A stretch of DNA of 64,000 nucleotides from contig CAWJPJ010000007.1 in assembly GCA_963844715.1 (NCBI GenBank), positions 1,024,001 to 1,088,000 on the forward strand, written 5' to 3'. Source of the DNA: an uncultured Phycisphaerales bacterium. Lineage in GTDB: Bacteria > Planctomycetota > Phycisphaerae > Tepidisphaerales > Tepidisphaeraceae. Below the pieces are notes generated by a model that worked only from the letters and a program-made list of their open reading frames with translations, was not told the origin of the DNA and did no database searches. Made by a program: the position numbers and the translations under genes. Shown here piece after piece: positions 10,530 through 22,453 of this stretch (its first letter is position 1; each line of letters begins with the position of its first letter).

Positions 10530-11391
10530 TCATACCTCGTCCAAACGGAAGAATTTGTTGCGATACCCGCTCCCGATGTTGATTGCGTCGATTTGTCCCA
10601 CGCGCGCCCGGCTCGGAAAATGGCTATGCCCGCAGTAAACCCGCTTCACATTGCCAAATTTGAGCAATAACTCCCCAATTTTCCCGCTTCCCAGATAGGC
10701 CTTTCCAAAATCCCATTGCGCTATGCGAAGGGGGCAAAAGCTGTGCAAAGGGCAGGCAATGCACCGCCGCCACCACCCGATCGGCATCCGAAACCCGGTG
10801 CAAATGCTCCTCCAGTTTCACAAGCACCTCGTCCAAAAACGCCTCATCGCTTCGGCCGAGTTTTACGTAAACGCCGTCGTTCCATCGGGCGAACAATTCG
10901 ATCATGTCGGGCGGAATATCGTCCGTCCGCGCGAGCAGATCGGCGAACTCCGCATGCCGCTGCGCCACGCCCGGCGAAACTTTTCTTTCGTAAAACCGCC
11001 GCGGAATTCCCAGCTCCGCCTGCGCGAACGAATAGTCGTACCATCCGAGCGATCCCACGATCGCCGCATCTCCAAATCGGAACGGCTCATCGGTCAGCCA
11101 ATGCCACCCGGCCTCCCGGCAGCGGCGGGGGAGTTCCTCGTTCAATATCGCATAACTGTCCGCGCGATTTGTCCACAATTCGTGATTTCCCGGCACCAGC
11201 AATTTCGGCCCCTCAAACTTGAACAACGAAAGACACTCTTCGAGGTCCTTGCCATCCGCGACTGCCGTATCCCCGACCACAAGCAAAACATCCGCCTGAC
11301 CCGCGGCGTTCATACGCTCGATCAAGTCAATCGCCTCCCGGTGGGACCGGACGTGATTGAAATGAAGATCGGCGGTAATCAGGATGCGCAT
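10530..11391 (-). CDS. Calcineurin-like metallophosphoesterase (frameshifted near 10720)
   Basis: ADLH, VGD, PGNHE and GHSH motifs. Confidence 0.85.
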
Positions 11392-11519
11392 GCCATGGGA
11401 CAGATTAATCGGTTTCGCCTCGACTGCCGAGTGCACCGGGCCGGCTTTGGTAACTCCTTGCGGGCCGAGTCCCTCCGGCTATAGTCATTTTCGACACCCT
11501 TTTTTGAGAGGAAACGTCT

Positions 11520-12261
11520 TTGCCCGCGCCTCCGCTATCCGTTCAGGACGTCACCAAGCGCTTCCGCCAGGGAGATCGCCTCGTCACCGCTCTTTCTTCG
11601 ATCACGCTGGACATTCAGCACGGCGAATTTCTGGCCATCATGGGCGCCAGCGGTTCGGGCAAAAGCACGCTCCTCCATCTCATGGCCGGTCTCACTCGGC
11701 CCGACTCGGGCAAAGTCCAAATCGCGGGCGAAGACCTCGCCCAAATGCCCGACCGTGAACTCACCATCTTCCGCCGAAGAAAAATCGGGCTGGTCTTTCA
11801 GGCATTCAATTTGATTCCGACTTTGAGCGCCGAAGAAAACGTCGCCATGCCCCTCATGCTCGACGGCGTCAATGGCTCCACTGCCTCCGGAAGGGTCGAG
11901 CACCTCATCAATCAGCTTGGCCTGGGAAACCGCCGCACGCATCGGCCGGACGCGCTGCAGCGGCGGCGAGCAGCAGCGTGTCGCCATCGGCCGGGCTCTG
12001 GTCGCGGATCCCGCCGTGCTTCTCGCCGACGAGCCGACGGGAAATCTCGACAGCGCCAGCAGCAAATCCGTTTGCGAGCTTCTGCGCGATCTGTCGCAAA
12101 CCGGCGGACGCACTATCGTGATGGTGACTCACGAACCGTCCGTCGCCGCATATGCCACACAGGTCGCCGTGCTCCGCGACGGCCAGCTTGTCGCGAAATT
12201 TCCAACAGGCGGCGCCGGCGGGCAGGAACTCGCAGCCCGCTATCAGGAAGCCCTCAAATAA
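11520..12261 (+). CDS. ABC transporter ATP-binding subunit, LolD/MacB-type (frameshifted near 11955)
   Basis: [42 protein letters not shown]. Confidence 0.92.
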
Positions 12262-12264
12262 CCG

Positions 12265-15012
12265 ATGGTCCTCACGCGCCTCGCCATGTCGAATCTTCTC
12301 GTCCGCAAGATGCGGACGGCCCTGACGGTGGGGGCCATCGCCATGTCGTGCGCCCTGGTCGTCGCCGTTACCAGCGGCTATCGATCCTTGGAAGAGTCGG
12401 CACTGCGGTTCATGAACCGGTACATGGGCACCGCCGATGCGTTCATCATCCCCGCGAATCAAATGGAGGGCCTGATCCCCGAAGATCTCGTGGACCAGCT
12501 CAACCAGGACCCGGCCGTCAGCCAGGCATCCGGAAGACTGACCACCTCGCCATAATGCGTCGCGCTTCCGGTTCCCGCCGGCCAAAGCCGTCCGAGCAAT
12601 ATCTCGCCGCCGGCGCTCTCCCCTCCGACGAAACCAACGTTGAATTCATTGGCTTGCGTCAATCCGGCGACTCGACCGCTGACTCCCTTGAAGTCTCAAA
12701 CGGCAAGTGGTTTGATCCCGACGGCGGCGACACCGCCGTTCTCGATCAGGTCGCTTCCGATCGGCTCGGTCTGGACCTGGGCGATTCGTTCAACGTTCCC
12801 GGCCTTCATCCGCTCACGCTTACGGTGATCGGCATCGTTCACAAGCCGGCCTTCTTCGCTGAGCGCCTCCCACCATTTACGTTCCCCTCAAGACCCTCCA
12901 GCAATTCACCGGGCAGGACAATCCCCCGCAGGTTTCGCGCATCACGATCTACCTGAAAACTGGGTCCGACTTCGACGCCTTCGTAAAGCGCTGGACCGAA
13001 AAACTCGCCGCCCTCAGCGGCAATTACCGTCTCCAGATGCGCCGCGATGCGCCGGGGGAACTGACCAAAAATCTCGAGGTCGTCCACATTGTCAGTTATT
13101 TCGGCGGCTGCGCATCGATGCTCACCGCCATGTTCATCACGTTCTCCGCCCTTAGCATGGGCGTGACCGAGCGCCACCGCACCCTCGCGATGCTGCGGGC
13201 CATCGGCGCTGTCCGTTCCCAGGTCTTTCGCCTCGTCGTCTTCGAAGCATTCCTTCTTTGTGCCATCGGTCTCATCGCCGGGGTTCTGCTCGGCATGCTC
13301 TGCATGATTCTTCTTTATTGGAAATACCCCGATGCGTTCCCGGCCGGCGTTTTCTATAGCTACGGCGGAATCGCCTTCGCCACCGGCGGCTCCCTTCTCA
13401 CCGCCCTCGCCGCCAGCGCCCTTCCGGCCTGGACGGCGTCCAGACTCAGTCCCGTCGAAGCGATGAGCGTTCAAGGCGCCGCGCCGGAATCCGGCCGCCC
13501 TCATTTGCTCTCCGCCTTTTTCGGGCTTCTGCTCATCGCCATCGATCCATTTCTCCTCTACGGGCCCCTCGAAACAATCTTGTCTCATCTGGGATTCAAA
13601 GATCCCGATCAAGCCGCCCATGCCATCCGTTTTTTCGGCCATTTCGCCCTTGGGGTAACCGGAATCATGTTCGGCTTCTTCCTCCTGGCGCCCACGATCA
13701 TCTGGATCATCGAGCGCGTCTTGGCCCCGGTCGTATCCGTTTTGCTAGTCCTTCCCGTGCGCCTGCTGCGACAGCAACTCACCAATGGAATCTGGCGCAC
13801 GGCAGGCACGGCTGCCGCCCTCATGGTCGGCCTCGCCACGCTCATTGCCATGCAGGTGCAGGGGCACACCCTCATCGGCGGCTGGCGGCTCCCCGACAAA
13901 TTCCCGGACATCTTCATTTACAGCCCCGACCCCATCTCATTTCAAGATCAGAAAACGCTGGATAACGTGCAGGGCATCCAACCCGGTTCGCTGATGCCCG
14001 TCGCGATCGCCTCGCCGACCGGGAATAGCGATGCCGCACTCATCGCCACCGCCGCCATGGGAGGGAAAAATGGCTCATTTTTCTTCTTCGGCGTCGATCC
14101 CGATCAGGCGATGCACATGGTTCAACTCGAATTCCGCGACAGCGACGGCCACGCCCTTCCCGAATCCCAGCAATATCCCGCGGCCCTCCACGCCGCCGAG
14201 GAACTCAAGAAAGGCCGACGTATCATCGTCACCGAAGAATTCCGCCTCGTCCGCCATCTCAAAGTCGGCGACACCATCCAACTCCTTACCACCCAGCATG
14301 GCCCGCAAACCTACACCATCTGCGCCATCGTCTGGTCCCCAGGCGCTGATCTCCTCGTCACCCTCTTCGATCTCGGCCGCGTCGTCGATCAGCAAACCGC
14401 TTCCAGCGTCTTCGGCTCCCTCGACGATGCCCGTAGTGATTTCGGCGTCACAGGCTGCCGCCTCTTTGCAGCCAACCTCGCCGGCGGAATCGACAAGAAA
14501 GACATCCTCAAAAACCTCCAGAAAACGCTGGGTGATCGCGGGCTCCGCGCCGGCGACGTCCGGCAGATCAAATACGCCGTCGAAACCGCCTTCTATCGCA
14601 TCCTGCTCCTCATCAGCAGCGTGGCCTTCTCCGCAATGGCCGTCGCATCGCTCGGCGTGACCAACACCATCATGGCCTCCGTCCGCTCACGCCGCTGGCA
14701 ATTCGGCGTCCTGCGAAGCATCGGGGCGGGGCGCGGACAGCTTTTGCGTCTCGTGCTCGCCGAGGCGGCGTTGCTCGGATTCGTGGGGATCGCCCTGGGC
14801 GTAGGCGCCGGCATGGAACTCGCCGCCGATGCCCGAAAACTCTCCGGCGTCGTCATCGGATTTATGCCGCCCATTAACATCCCCTGGGGTATCGTCGGCG
14901 CGGGTGCCTCGCCGTCCTGCTTGTGGCTCTGGTCGCAAGCCTCTGGCCGGCAATTGGCGTCGCGCGGGCTCAGCCCCTGGACCTCCTCCAGGCCGGTCGG
15001 GCATCCATGTGA
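12265..15012 (+). CDS. FtsX/MacB-family ABC permease with two FtsX domains (several frameshifts)
   Basis: RKMRTALT; ERHRTLAMLRAIGA; SRRWQFGVLRSIGA..Q..RLVLAEA; TGA at 15010-15012. Confidence 0.85.
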
Positions 15013-15020
15013 GGAGTTTC

Positions 15021-16875
15021 ATGGCGAAATCGAAATGGCCCGCGATTTTCGTCTGCGGACTCCTGCTGGCGATGTTCGCCGTCGTCAGCATGCGATCCTG
15101 GTGGAATCGCTGCTGCACATTCGATGAGCCGCTTCACCTCGTCGGCGCTTTTTCTGAAAATTATCTCGACGACTATCGCGTGAACTCCGAGGACCCGCCT
15201 CTCTGGAAGCATTTTGCGATCGCCGGAATGTCGAAAGATCGGATGGCGTTCGACACGTCGTCCCCCAACTGGAACGGCACCCTCACCAACTCCTCGAATC
15301 GCGACGCTTTCGTCTCGGACACCCTCTTCCACACTTCCGCCAACGATGCCGATTCAATCCTCCGCGACGCCCGCCTGCACATGATCTTTCTGGGAGTCGC
15401 CCTCGGCGCTGCTCATCACCTGGTGGTCCTGGCGTCTGGCCGGCCCGCTGGCGGCCTGCGTCTCCTGCGCCGCCTTCGCCCTCGATCCGAATTTTCTGGC
15501 GCACTGGGCGCTGGTTAAAAACGACGTGCCGATGACTCTCGTTTTTACCGCCTTGATGGCCGCCGTCTGGCTCTTGGGCGAGCGGGCCACCGGCCTCCGC
15601 TGCATCGCCGTTGCCATTATTCTCGGCGTCGCAATCACGACAAAATTTTCCGGAAGCCTGGCCATCCCGATTCTGGCGCTGGCGCTCCTTGCCCGAGTGG
15701 CGTCCTCTCACCCCTGGCCTGTCCTTCGCTGGACAGCGGTTACGCGGATCCAGCGCCTTTTCGCCGGCGCCTCAATCGGGCTCTTCTCTTTTCTGGTCGC
15801 CTGGATGATCATCTGGGCCACTTACGACTTCCGCTTCAGCCCCGGCCCGAGTCCCGACACGGTTACCGATCTATCCGACGTCATGAACGCCTGCGCTGCC
15901 TGCGAATCGATCGCCTCACATCACAACACAAACTGGGATTTAACCACCGCTCAGGTCGCCCAATGGGCTCAGGATTGGCAACCCGGCCCGATCGAACGCA
16001 CGTCCCTGTGGATCAACGACCATCGCCTCCTCCCCCAATCCTTCATTCACGGCTTTTTGATGACTTACGCGACCACCCTCTATCGCGGGTCATTTTTTTG
16101 CGGCGAACTGAGCTACTTCGGCCGATGGTATTACTTCCCAGCCGCCATGGCCTTTAAAACTCCCCTCGCCACTCTCGTCGCTCTTCCCCTGGCTCTTTTC
16201 GCCTGCCTGGCGGAGCACAAAAATATCGTTCACAAGGTCCGGGACATTCTGGCTTCCAAAAAGTTCTGGCCGTTCTGCGCCGCCGCGATCCTGCCCGCCT
16301 ACTACATGGCCTCGGCCATTCACGCCCAGGTGAATTTGGGATTACGTCACATCTTTCCCGTCTATCCATTCTTATTCATCTTCCTCGGAGTGGCCGCTGC
16401 CATCGCCTACGCGCAGCAACCGCGCATCGCCACGGTTTTCATTGGGGTGTTCGTAATCGGTCTCGTCGCCGAAACCTTCTGTGCCGACCCGGATTATCTT
16501 TCCTTCTTCAACGTCGCCGCCGGCGGCCAGCTAGGCGGCGCTGAAACTCCTCGGCGATTCCAATATCGACTGGGGCCAGGACCTTAAATCCCTCGTCGCC
16601 TGGCGAAAGGATCACCCTGAGGGCCAGCTTGCTCTGGCCTATTTCGGTTCCGTCGACCCGCGCTACTACAATCTCCATTACTTCAATATTTCCGGCAGCA
16701 TGGCCCCGGACGATGAAGCGCTCGGCAGAACGTCCCGCATGTCTACGCGGTCAGTGTTACACTCTTGCAGGGCGCTTATCTTTCCACGGCCCAACACCAG
16801 CAGATTTTGCAGCTTGAGCGTTATCCGATCAAAGCGAACCTCGGCGGATCAATTTATGTCTACGAACCTCAGTAA
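15021..16875 (+). CDS. GT-C fold (ArnT/PMT-like) glycosyltransferase, copy 1 (frameshifted)
   Basis: TFDEPLH, EDPPLWK, TKFSG, YYFP..FKTPL, LRHIFP, DSNIDWGQ; many TM segments. Confidence 0.82.
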
Positions 16876-18681
16876 GCCGATCGCGCTGGCGACGTGCGCG
16901 ATTCTTCTGGCGGTTTATGCTGCCACCGCCTGGGAGGCCAGCCTGGGAAAATGCGCCACCTACGACGAGCCCCTTCATTTCGTCGGCGGCTGGATCGAAA
17001 CCCACGATCACGATTTCCGAATTGACCCCGAAAATCCGCCTCTTTGGAAATACTATGCAATCGCCGGCACCCGCGCTTCCGATCTCACCCTCGAAAACTC
17101 CGGCGAATTCTGGCACACACTGCTCAGCGATCTGGGTTTCAATAATCCGTACGCGAAGCACGTTCTTTATGAGATTCCCGGCAACAAGCCGGACGAACTG
17201 ATCCAGGCTGCGCGCGGAAGAATGGTGCTTCTGGCCGCCCTGATCGGCGTGATCATCGCCTGGTGGTCCTGGCGTCTGGCCGGGCCGATCGCGGCTTGCG
17301 TTTCCTGCGCCGCATTCTGCTTCGACCCGAACTTTCTCGCCCACGGGCCGCTGGTGAAAAACGACGTTGCCACCGCGCGCTGCTTTTCCTGTGCCTTATG
17401 TTTACGGTCTGGCTCCTCGGCCAGCGCGCCACCCTCTGCCGCATACTTTGCATAACCGTGATTCTCGCCGCCATCGTCAACACGAAATATTCCGGACTTC
17501 TGGCGATTCCCATCCTCGCCATCACGCTGACCGTTCGCGCCGCGATGCCGGTGGACTGGCAAATCCTCCGCTGGACCGCCAAAACCTTCCCGGTGAAGTT
17601 TCTGGCCGCGGTAAGCATCGGCCTCTTCGCTCTGCTGTTTTCTTATTTCGCCATCTGGGCTTGCTATGATTTTCGATTCGCCCCCGCTCCCGACAGCGAC
17701 GAGCTTTCGCAACTCGACCAGCCGACCGCCATCTATGCCTCTTATCAATCGATGGCCGAACACGGCGCCACCGTCGACACTTCCCGCGAAGAAGCCCAGA
17801 AATGGATCGCACAGTGGCAGCCCGGGCCCGTGGTTCGCATCACTCAATGGCTGCACGATCACCGCCTCTTTCCCGAAACCTATCTTCGCGGGTTCCTCTA
17901 CATCGCCGGCGACACGCAATTGCGCCAAACCTTCCTCCTCGGCAAGCTCCGGATGACAGGTTGGTGGTATTATTTCCCCCTCGTCATCGCCTTTAAAACG
18001 CCGCTATCGACCCTCATTGCCCTGGCCGCCGCGACGATTTTCTGGCTCGTGCGCCGCCCCAATTTTAAATCCTGGTCCCTTTTCGCCGGTGCGTTCACTC
18101 CCGCCCTCTATTTCGCGTCGGCCCTGCACTCGAACACGGACCTCGGCATGCGCCACATTCTTCCGATCTATCCGTTCCTCTTCATATTCCTGGGCGTGGT
18201 CTCGGCCGCCGCGATCGCCCGTTACAGGAAATTCGCCATTCCCGTCCTTTGCGCACTATTCCTAGGCCTCGCCGCGGAGACGTTCTTTGCCTATCCGGAT
18301 TTCATCCCCTTCTTCAACGTCGCTGCCGGTGGATCGCGCGGGGGTCTGCATCTTCTGGCCGACAGCAATCTCGACTGGGGCCAGGACCTCAAGCTCCTCG
18401 CCGCCTGGCGAACGGCCCATCCCGACGGGCAATTGGCCCTGTGCTATTTCGGCTCAGCCGACCCGCGCTACTACGGAATCCATTACGTCAATCTCCCCGC
18501 CAGCGATGCGCCGGCCGACCAACCCGTGCGCACGGATGTTCCGCACGTTTACGCGTTCAGCGCCACGCTCCTCCAGGGGCTTTACATGGAATCCGATCAG
18601 CGAAAAGATTACCGGCAGTTTTACAACTACAAAATTGCCGCCGTGCTGGGCGGATCGATTTATGTCTACAACCAGCCGTAA
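16856..18681 (+). CDS. GT-C fold glycosyltransferase, copy 2 (frameshift near 17378)
   Basis: TYDEPLH, PENPPLWK, DPNFLAHGPLVKNDV, DSNLDWGQ. Confidence 0.85.
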
Positions 18682-20513
18682 CGCCGACGGCGCCACCGCG
18701 CGATTCCGCAGCGCCCACGGCGCCGCCCTGGGATTCTGCGCCCTTCTCCTGGCGATTTATGCCGGCACAAGCTGGCTCGCCTGGCAATCCAAGGGGTTGA
18801 CTTGGGACGAACCCCTGCATTTCGTCGGCGCGGCGATCCAGGTCCGCGACTCCGACTTCGCCTACGATGCCGAAAATCCGCCGATGTGGAAGTATTACTT
18901 CGCCCTGGGAAACCCGACGATCAAGCAGATGAAACTCGACGAGCCCGCCGGGGGATGGTCCGCCATCTCCGGCGCGCCCGCGCCATGCAGGACTATGCGA
19001 CCCGCGCCGTCTATCAGACTCCCGCCAACGATGCCCGCACGCTCATGCAATCCGCGCGGGCGAGAATGCTATTTCTGGCCATGCTCTTGGGAGCCATCAT
19101 CGCGTGGTGGGCATGGAGATTGGCCGGTCCGGTCGCCGCATGCGTCTCCTGCGCGCTCTTTTGCCTCGATCCCAATTTTCTGGCCCACGGCCTGCTGATC
19201 AAAAACGATGTCCCTATCGCGATGCTCTTTACCGCATTAACCGCGGCCATCTGGTCCGTCGGTCGATCCGCCGGAATTCTGAATGTTGTGACCGCGGGGC
19301 TTCTTTTGGGCGCGTCCCTGACCACAAAATATTCGGGTCTGCTCGAAATTCCGGTCCTCGGCGTTTTGTTGCTCGCCCGCGCACTGATTCCGACGGATTG
19401 GCCGATCTTGATGTTCACCGCGCGGGCTAGGACGCCGAATCGTCGCCGCCGCCGTCATCGGGCTTTGCGTCATCCTCATTTGCTGGGGTTTGATCTGGGG
19501 GTGCTACGGCTTCCGATATCTCTCGCCCGAGGACGATCTGTCGGACATGAACCCCGCCATCCTCCATTACGCCGCCGGTCGCATGATGGTGGACCACGAC
19601 GTTGACCGCGACACCCCTCCCGAGCAAATCCGCCAATGGCTGTCCGAGTGGCAAATAGATCCAACCGTGCGGTTCGTCCTTTGGGCCGACGCACACCATC
19701 TTTTCCCGCATGAATTTCTGCGCGGCTTCCTCTTCGCCACGGGCGACTCCTTCGGCCGCGCAGCTTTTCTCATGGGCGACGTGCGCGTCCGCGGCTGGTG
19801 GTACTACTTCCCACTGGCCATGTTGTTTAAAACTCCCCTGGCGGTTCTCGTCGCCATACCGCTTGCCGCGATTCTCTGGTTCTTCCTGCCGACGCGGCCC
19901 GACCCCTGGGCGATCTGCGGCATGGCCATCGCCCCGATTATCTACATGGCGTCCGCCATGCACTCGAATCTGAACGTCGGTATTCGCCACATTTTTCCGG
20001 TTTATCCGTTTCTCTATATTGTTCTCGGAATTACGGCCGGACGCGCGGTTGTTCGCTTCGGAAAGCCCGCCGTGGCGATCCTGGCGATAATGCTGATCGG
20101 CCTGGCCGCCGAGACGTTCGCCGCCTTTCCGGATTACATTCCATTTTTCAACGTCGCTTGCGGCGGCGCGCGGCGGCGCGCGGTTGCTCGGCGATTCCAA
20201 CATCGACTGGGGACAGGAACTCCCGGCGATCGCCGCCTGGCAGCGCAGCCATCCGGAATATCAACTCATGCTCTATTATTTCGCCGAAGCCGATCCGCGC
20301 TTTTACGGCATCCGCTATGCCAATCTTCCCGCCAGCAGCGCCCCCGCGGACCAAACGCACGCCACCGGGCAAAGGCCCTACTGGGTCATCAGCGTCGTAG
20401 CGCTACAGGGCCAGTCCCTTACCGCCAGAGGCCGCACGTTTTACCAACCATTCCAACACCGCCAACCCACGCAAATCATCGGCGGCTGCATGTATATGTA
20501 CGCCCCGTGGTAA
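18662..20513 (+). CDS. GT-C fold glycosyltransferase, copy 3 (frameshifted)
   Basis: TWDEPLH, AENPPMWK, DPNFLAHGLLIKNDV, DSNIDWGQ. Confidence 0.82.
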
Positions 20514-20533
20514 ATCCTCGGTATCCCATTTCC

Positions 20534-20562
20534 TTGTCCCATTTCCTCCCCGGGCTTAGACT
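20534..20562 (+). promoter_or_regulatory. Sigma70-type promoter of GT copy 4
   Basis: TTGTCC-17 bp-TAGACT; the same layout precedes copies 5 and 6. Confidence 0.75.
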
Positions 20563-20576
20563 GCCCCGATCGCTCC

Positions 20577-22376
20577 ATGACCCGCAATCTTTTCGCCGCG
20601 ATCTTTTGCGCATTTCTTCTGGCGGTCTACGTATCCACAAGCTGGCTAGCCTAGCAATCCAAGGGAATCACATTCGACGAACCCCAGCTTCTCGTCGCCG
20701 CGACGCTTCAAGCCCGGCGGGGCAATTTCGACGCTGACCAGGTCAACCCGCCTTTCTGGAAGGACTATTTCATCCTCGGCAATTCGGCTTCCCGCATGCA
20801 ACTGCCAGATACCGCCGGCGATCTTTCGAACGTCGCGATTTTTCAGGACTATGCCACGCAGACGATCTACGAGACTCCTGCCAACAACGCCCGGTCGCTG
20901 GTGAACTCCGCCCGTGCCCGCATGCTGCCCCTGGCGGTGCTTCTCGGGGCCTTGATCGCCTTCTGGTCTTTCAAGCTGGCAGGCCCGCTTGCGGCTTGTG
21001 TCTCCACCGCGGCCTTCTCCCTCGATCCGAATTTCCTCGCCCATGGCTTGCTGGTCAAAAACGATGTTTCCATCGCCCTCCTGTTCACAGCCTTGATGTT
21101 CACCCTCTGGCGTGTCGGCCGCGCCGCCACTCTCGTCAACTGCTCCGCCCTCGCGCTCCTCCTCGGTGCGACCCTCAACACGAAATTCTCGGGGCTCCTG
21201 GCCATCCCGCTGATCTCCGCCGTGCTTTTTCTCCGCGCCCTCATTCCCGCCGATTGGCGCGTACTGAGGTTGACCGCCGCGACATTCTCCCGGCGTTTCC
21301 TCGCCGCTGCCGCCGTGACGGTCTTCGCGCTCTTCGTCTCGTGGATTTTCGTCTGGGGATCGTATGATTTTCGTTTTCAGCCGGGACCCGGCCAATCTCC
21401 CGATCTCGACAATGCCATTCGCAGCTACTCGATGGCACAAACCATCGCCCTTCACGAATCGGAGTTCTTCGACGCCGACCCCGGCGAATTCCGTGCTTGG
21501 CTCGCCTCCTGGAGGCCGGATTGCCTAATCCAAGCCGTCAAATGGACCGACGCACATCATCTTCTTCCGCGGCCTTATTTGTGCGGGTTTCTATATGCCA
21601 AGGCCGATACCTCTGGCTCCGCGTCGTTTTTCCTCGGGCGGATTGGTCTGGGCGGCTGGTGGCATTACTTCCCCCTGGCAATGGCTTTCAAAACTCCTCT
21701 GGCCACCCTGATCGCCCTCGCCCTGGCCGCGATTCTCTGCTTCTTTTTGCCCCGCCCGCGCAATCCATGGCCTGCTCTGGTCCTTGGTCTCCCTCCAATT
21801 CTTTTCATGCTTGCGGCAATGCGCTCCGGCATGGACGTAGGAATCAGGCATGTCCTTCCCGTTTATCCCTTCCTCTTCGTTCTTCTGGGCATCGCGGCCG
21901 CCCGCGCCGTGCAAAGATTCGGCAAGCCCGTCCTCCTCCTACTGATCATTCTCCTTCTCGCACTCGCGGCCGAAACTTTCGCCGCTTTTCCGGATTACAT
22001 CCCGTTTTTCAACGTCGCTTGCGGCGGCCCACGCGGCGGAGCGCGTCTCCTCGGCGATTCCAACATCGACTGGGGACAGGAACTCCCCGGCCTCGCCAAA
22101 TGGCAAGCTTCTCACACCGACTACCAACTCATGCTCTATTATTTCGGCGCCGCCGACCCGCGCTACTACGGCATCCATTACGTGAACCTCCCCGGCAGCT
22201 TCGCTCCGAAGGATCAAACCAAACCCACCGGCCAAAAACCCTATTGGGCCATCAGCGCCGTCGCCCTCGAAGGCCAATACCTCAACTCCAAAGCGCGAGC
22301 GTTCTACGAACCCTTCCGCCATCGCCAACCCACGCAAATCATCGGCGGCGCCATCTACCTTTACGCGCCTTGGTAG
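20577..22376 (+). CDS. GT-C fold glycosyltransferase, copy 4 (in-frame TAG at codon 26)
   Basis: One frame from ATG 20577 to 22376 except TAG 20652-20654, where paralogs have TGG; TFDEPQL, DSNIDWGQ. Confidence 0.82.
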
Positions 22377-22408
22377 ATCCACCTCGCATCGTCTCGCCAT
22401 CTCCTTCC

Positions 22409-22437
22409 TTGTCCCAATTATCCGGCGCAGTTAGACT
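22409..22437 (+). promoter_or_regulatory. Sigma70-type promoter of GT copy 5
   Basis: TTGTCC-17 bp-TAGACT. Confidence 0.75.
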
Positions 22438-22453
22438 CGCTTGAAATCGCTCC

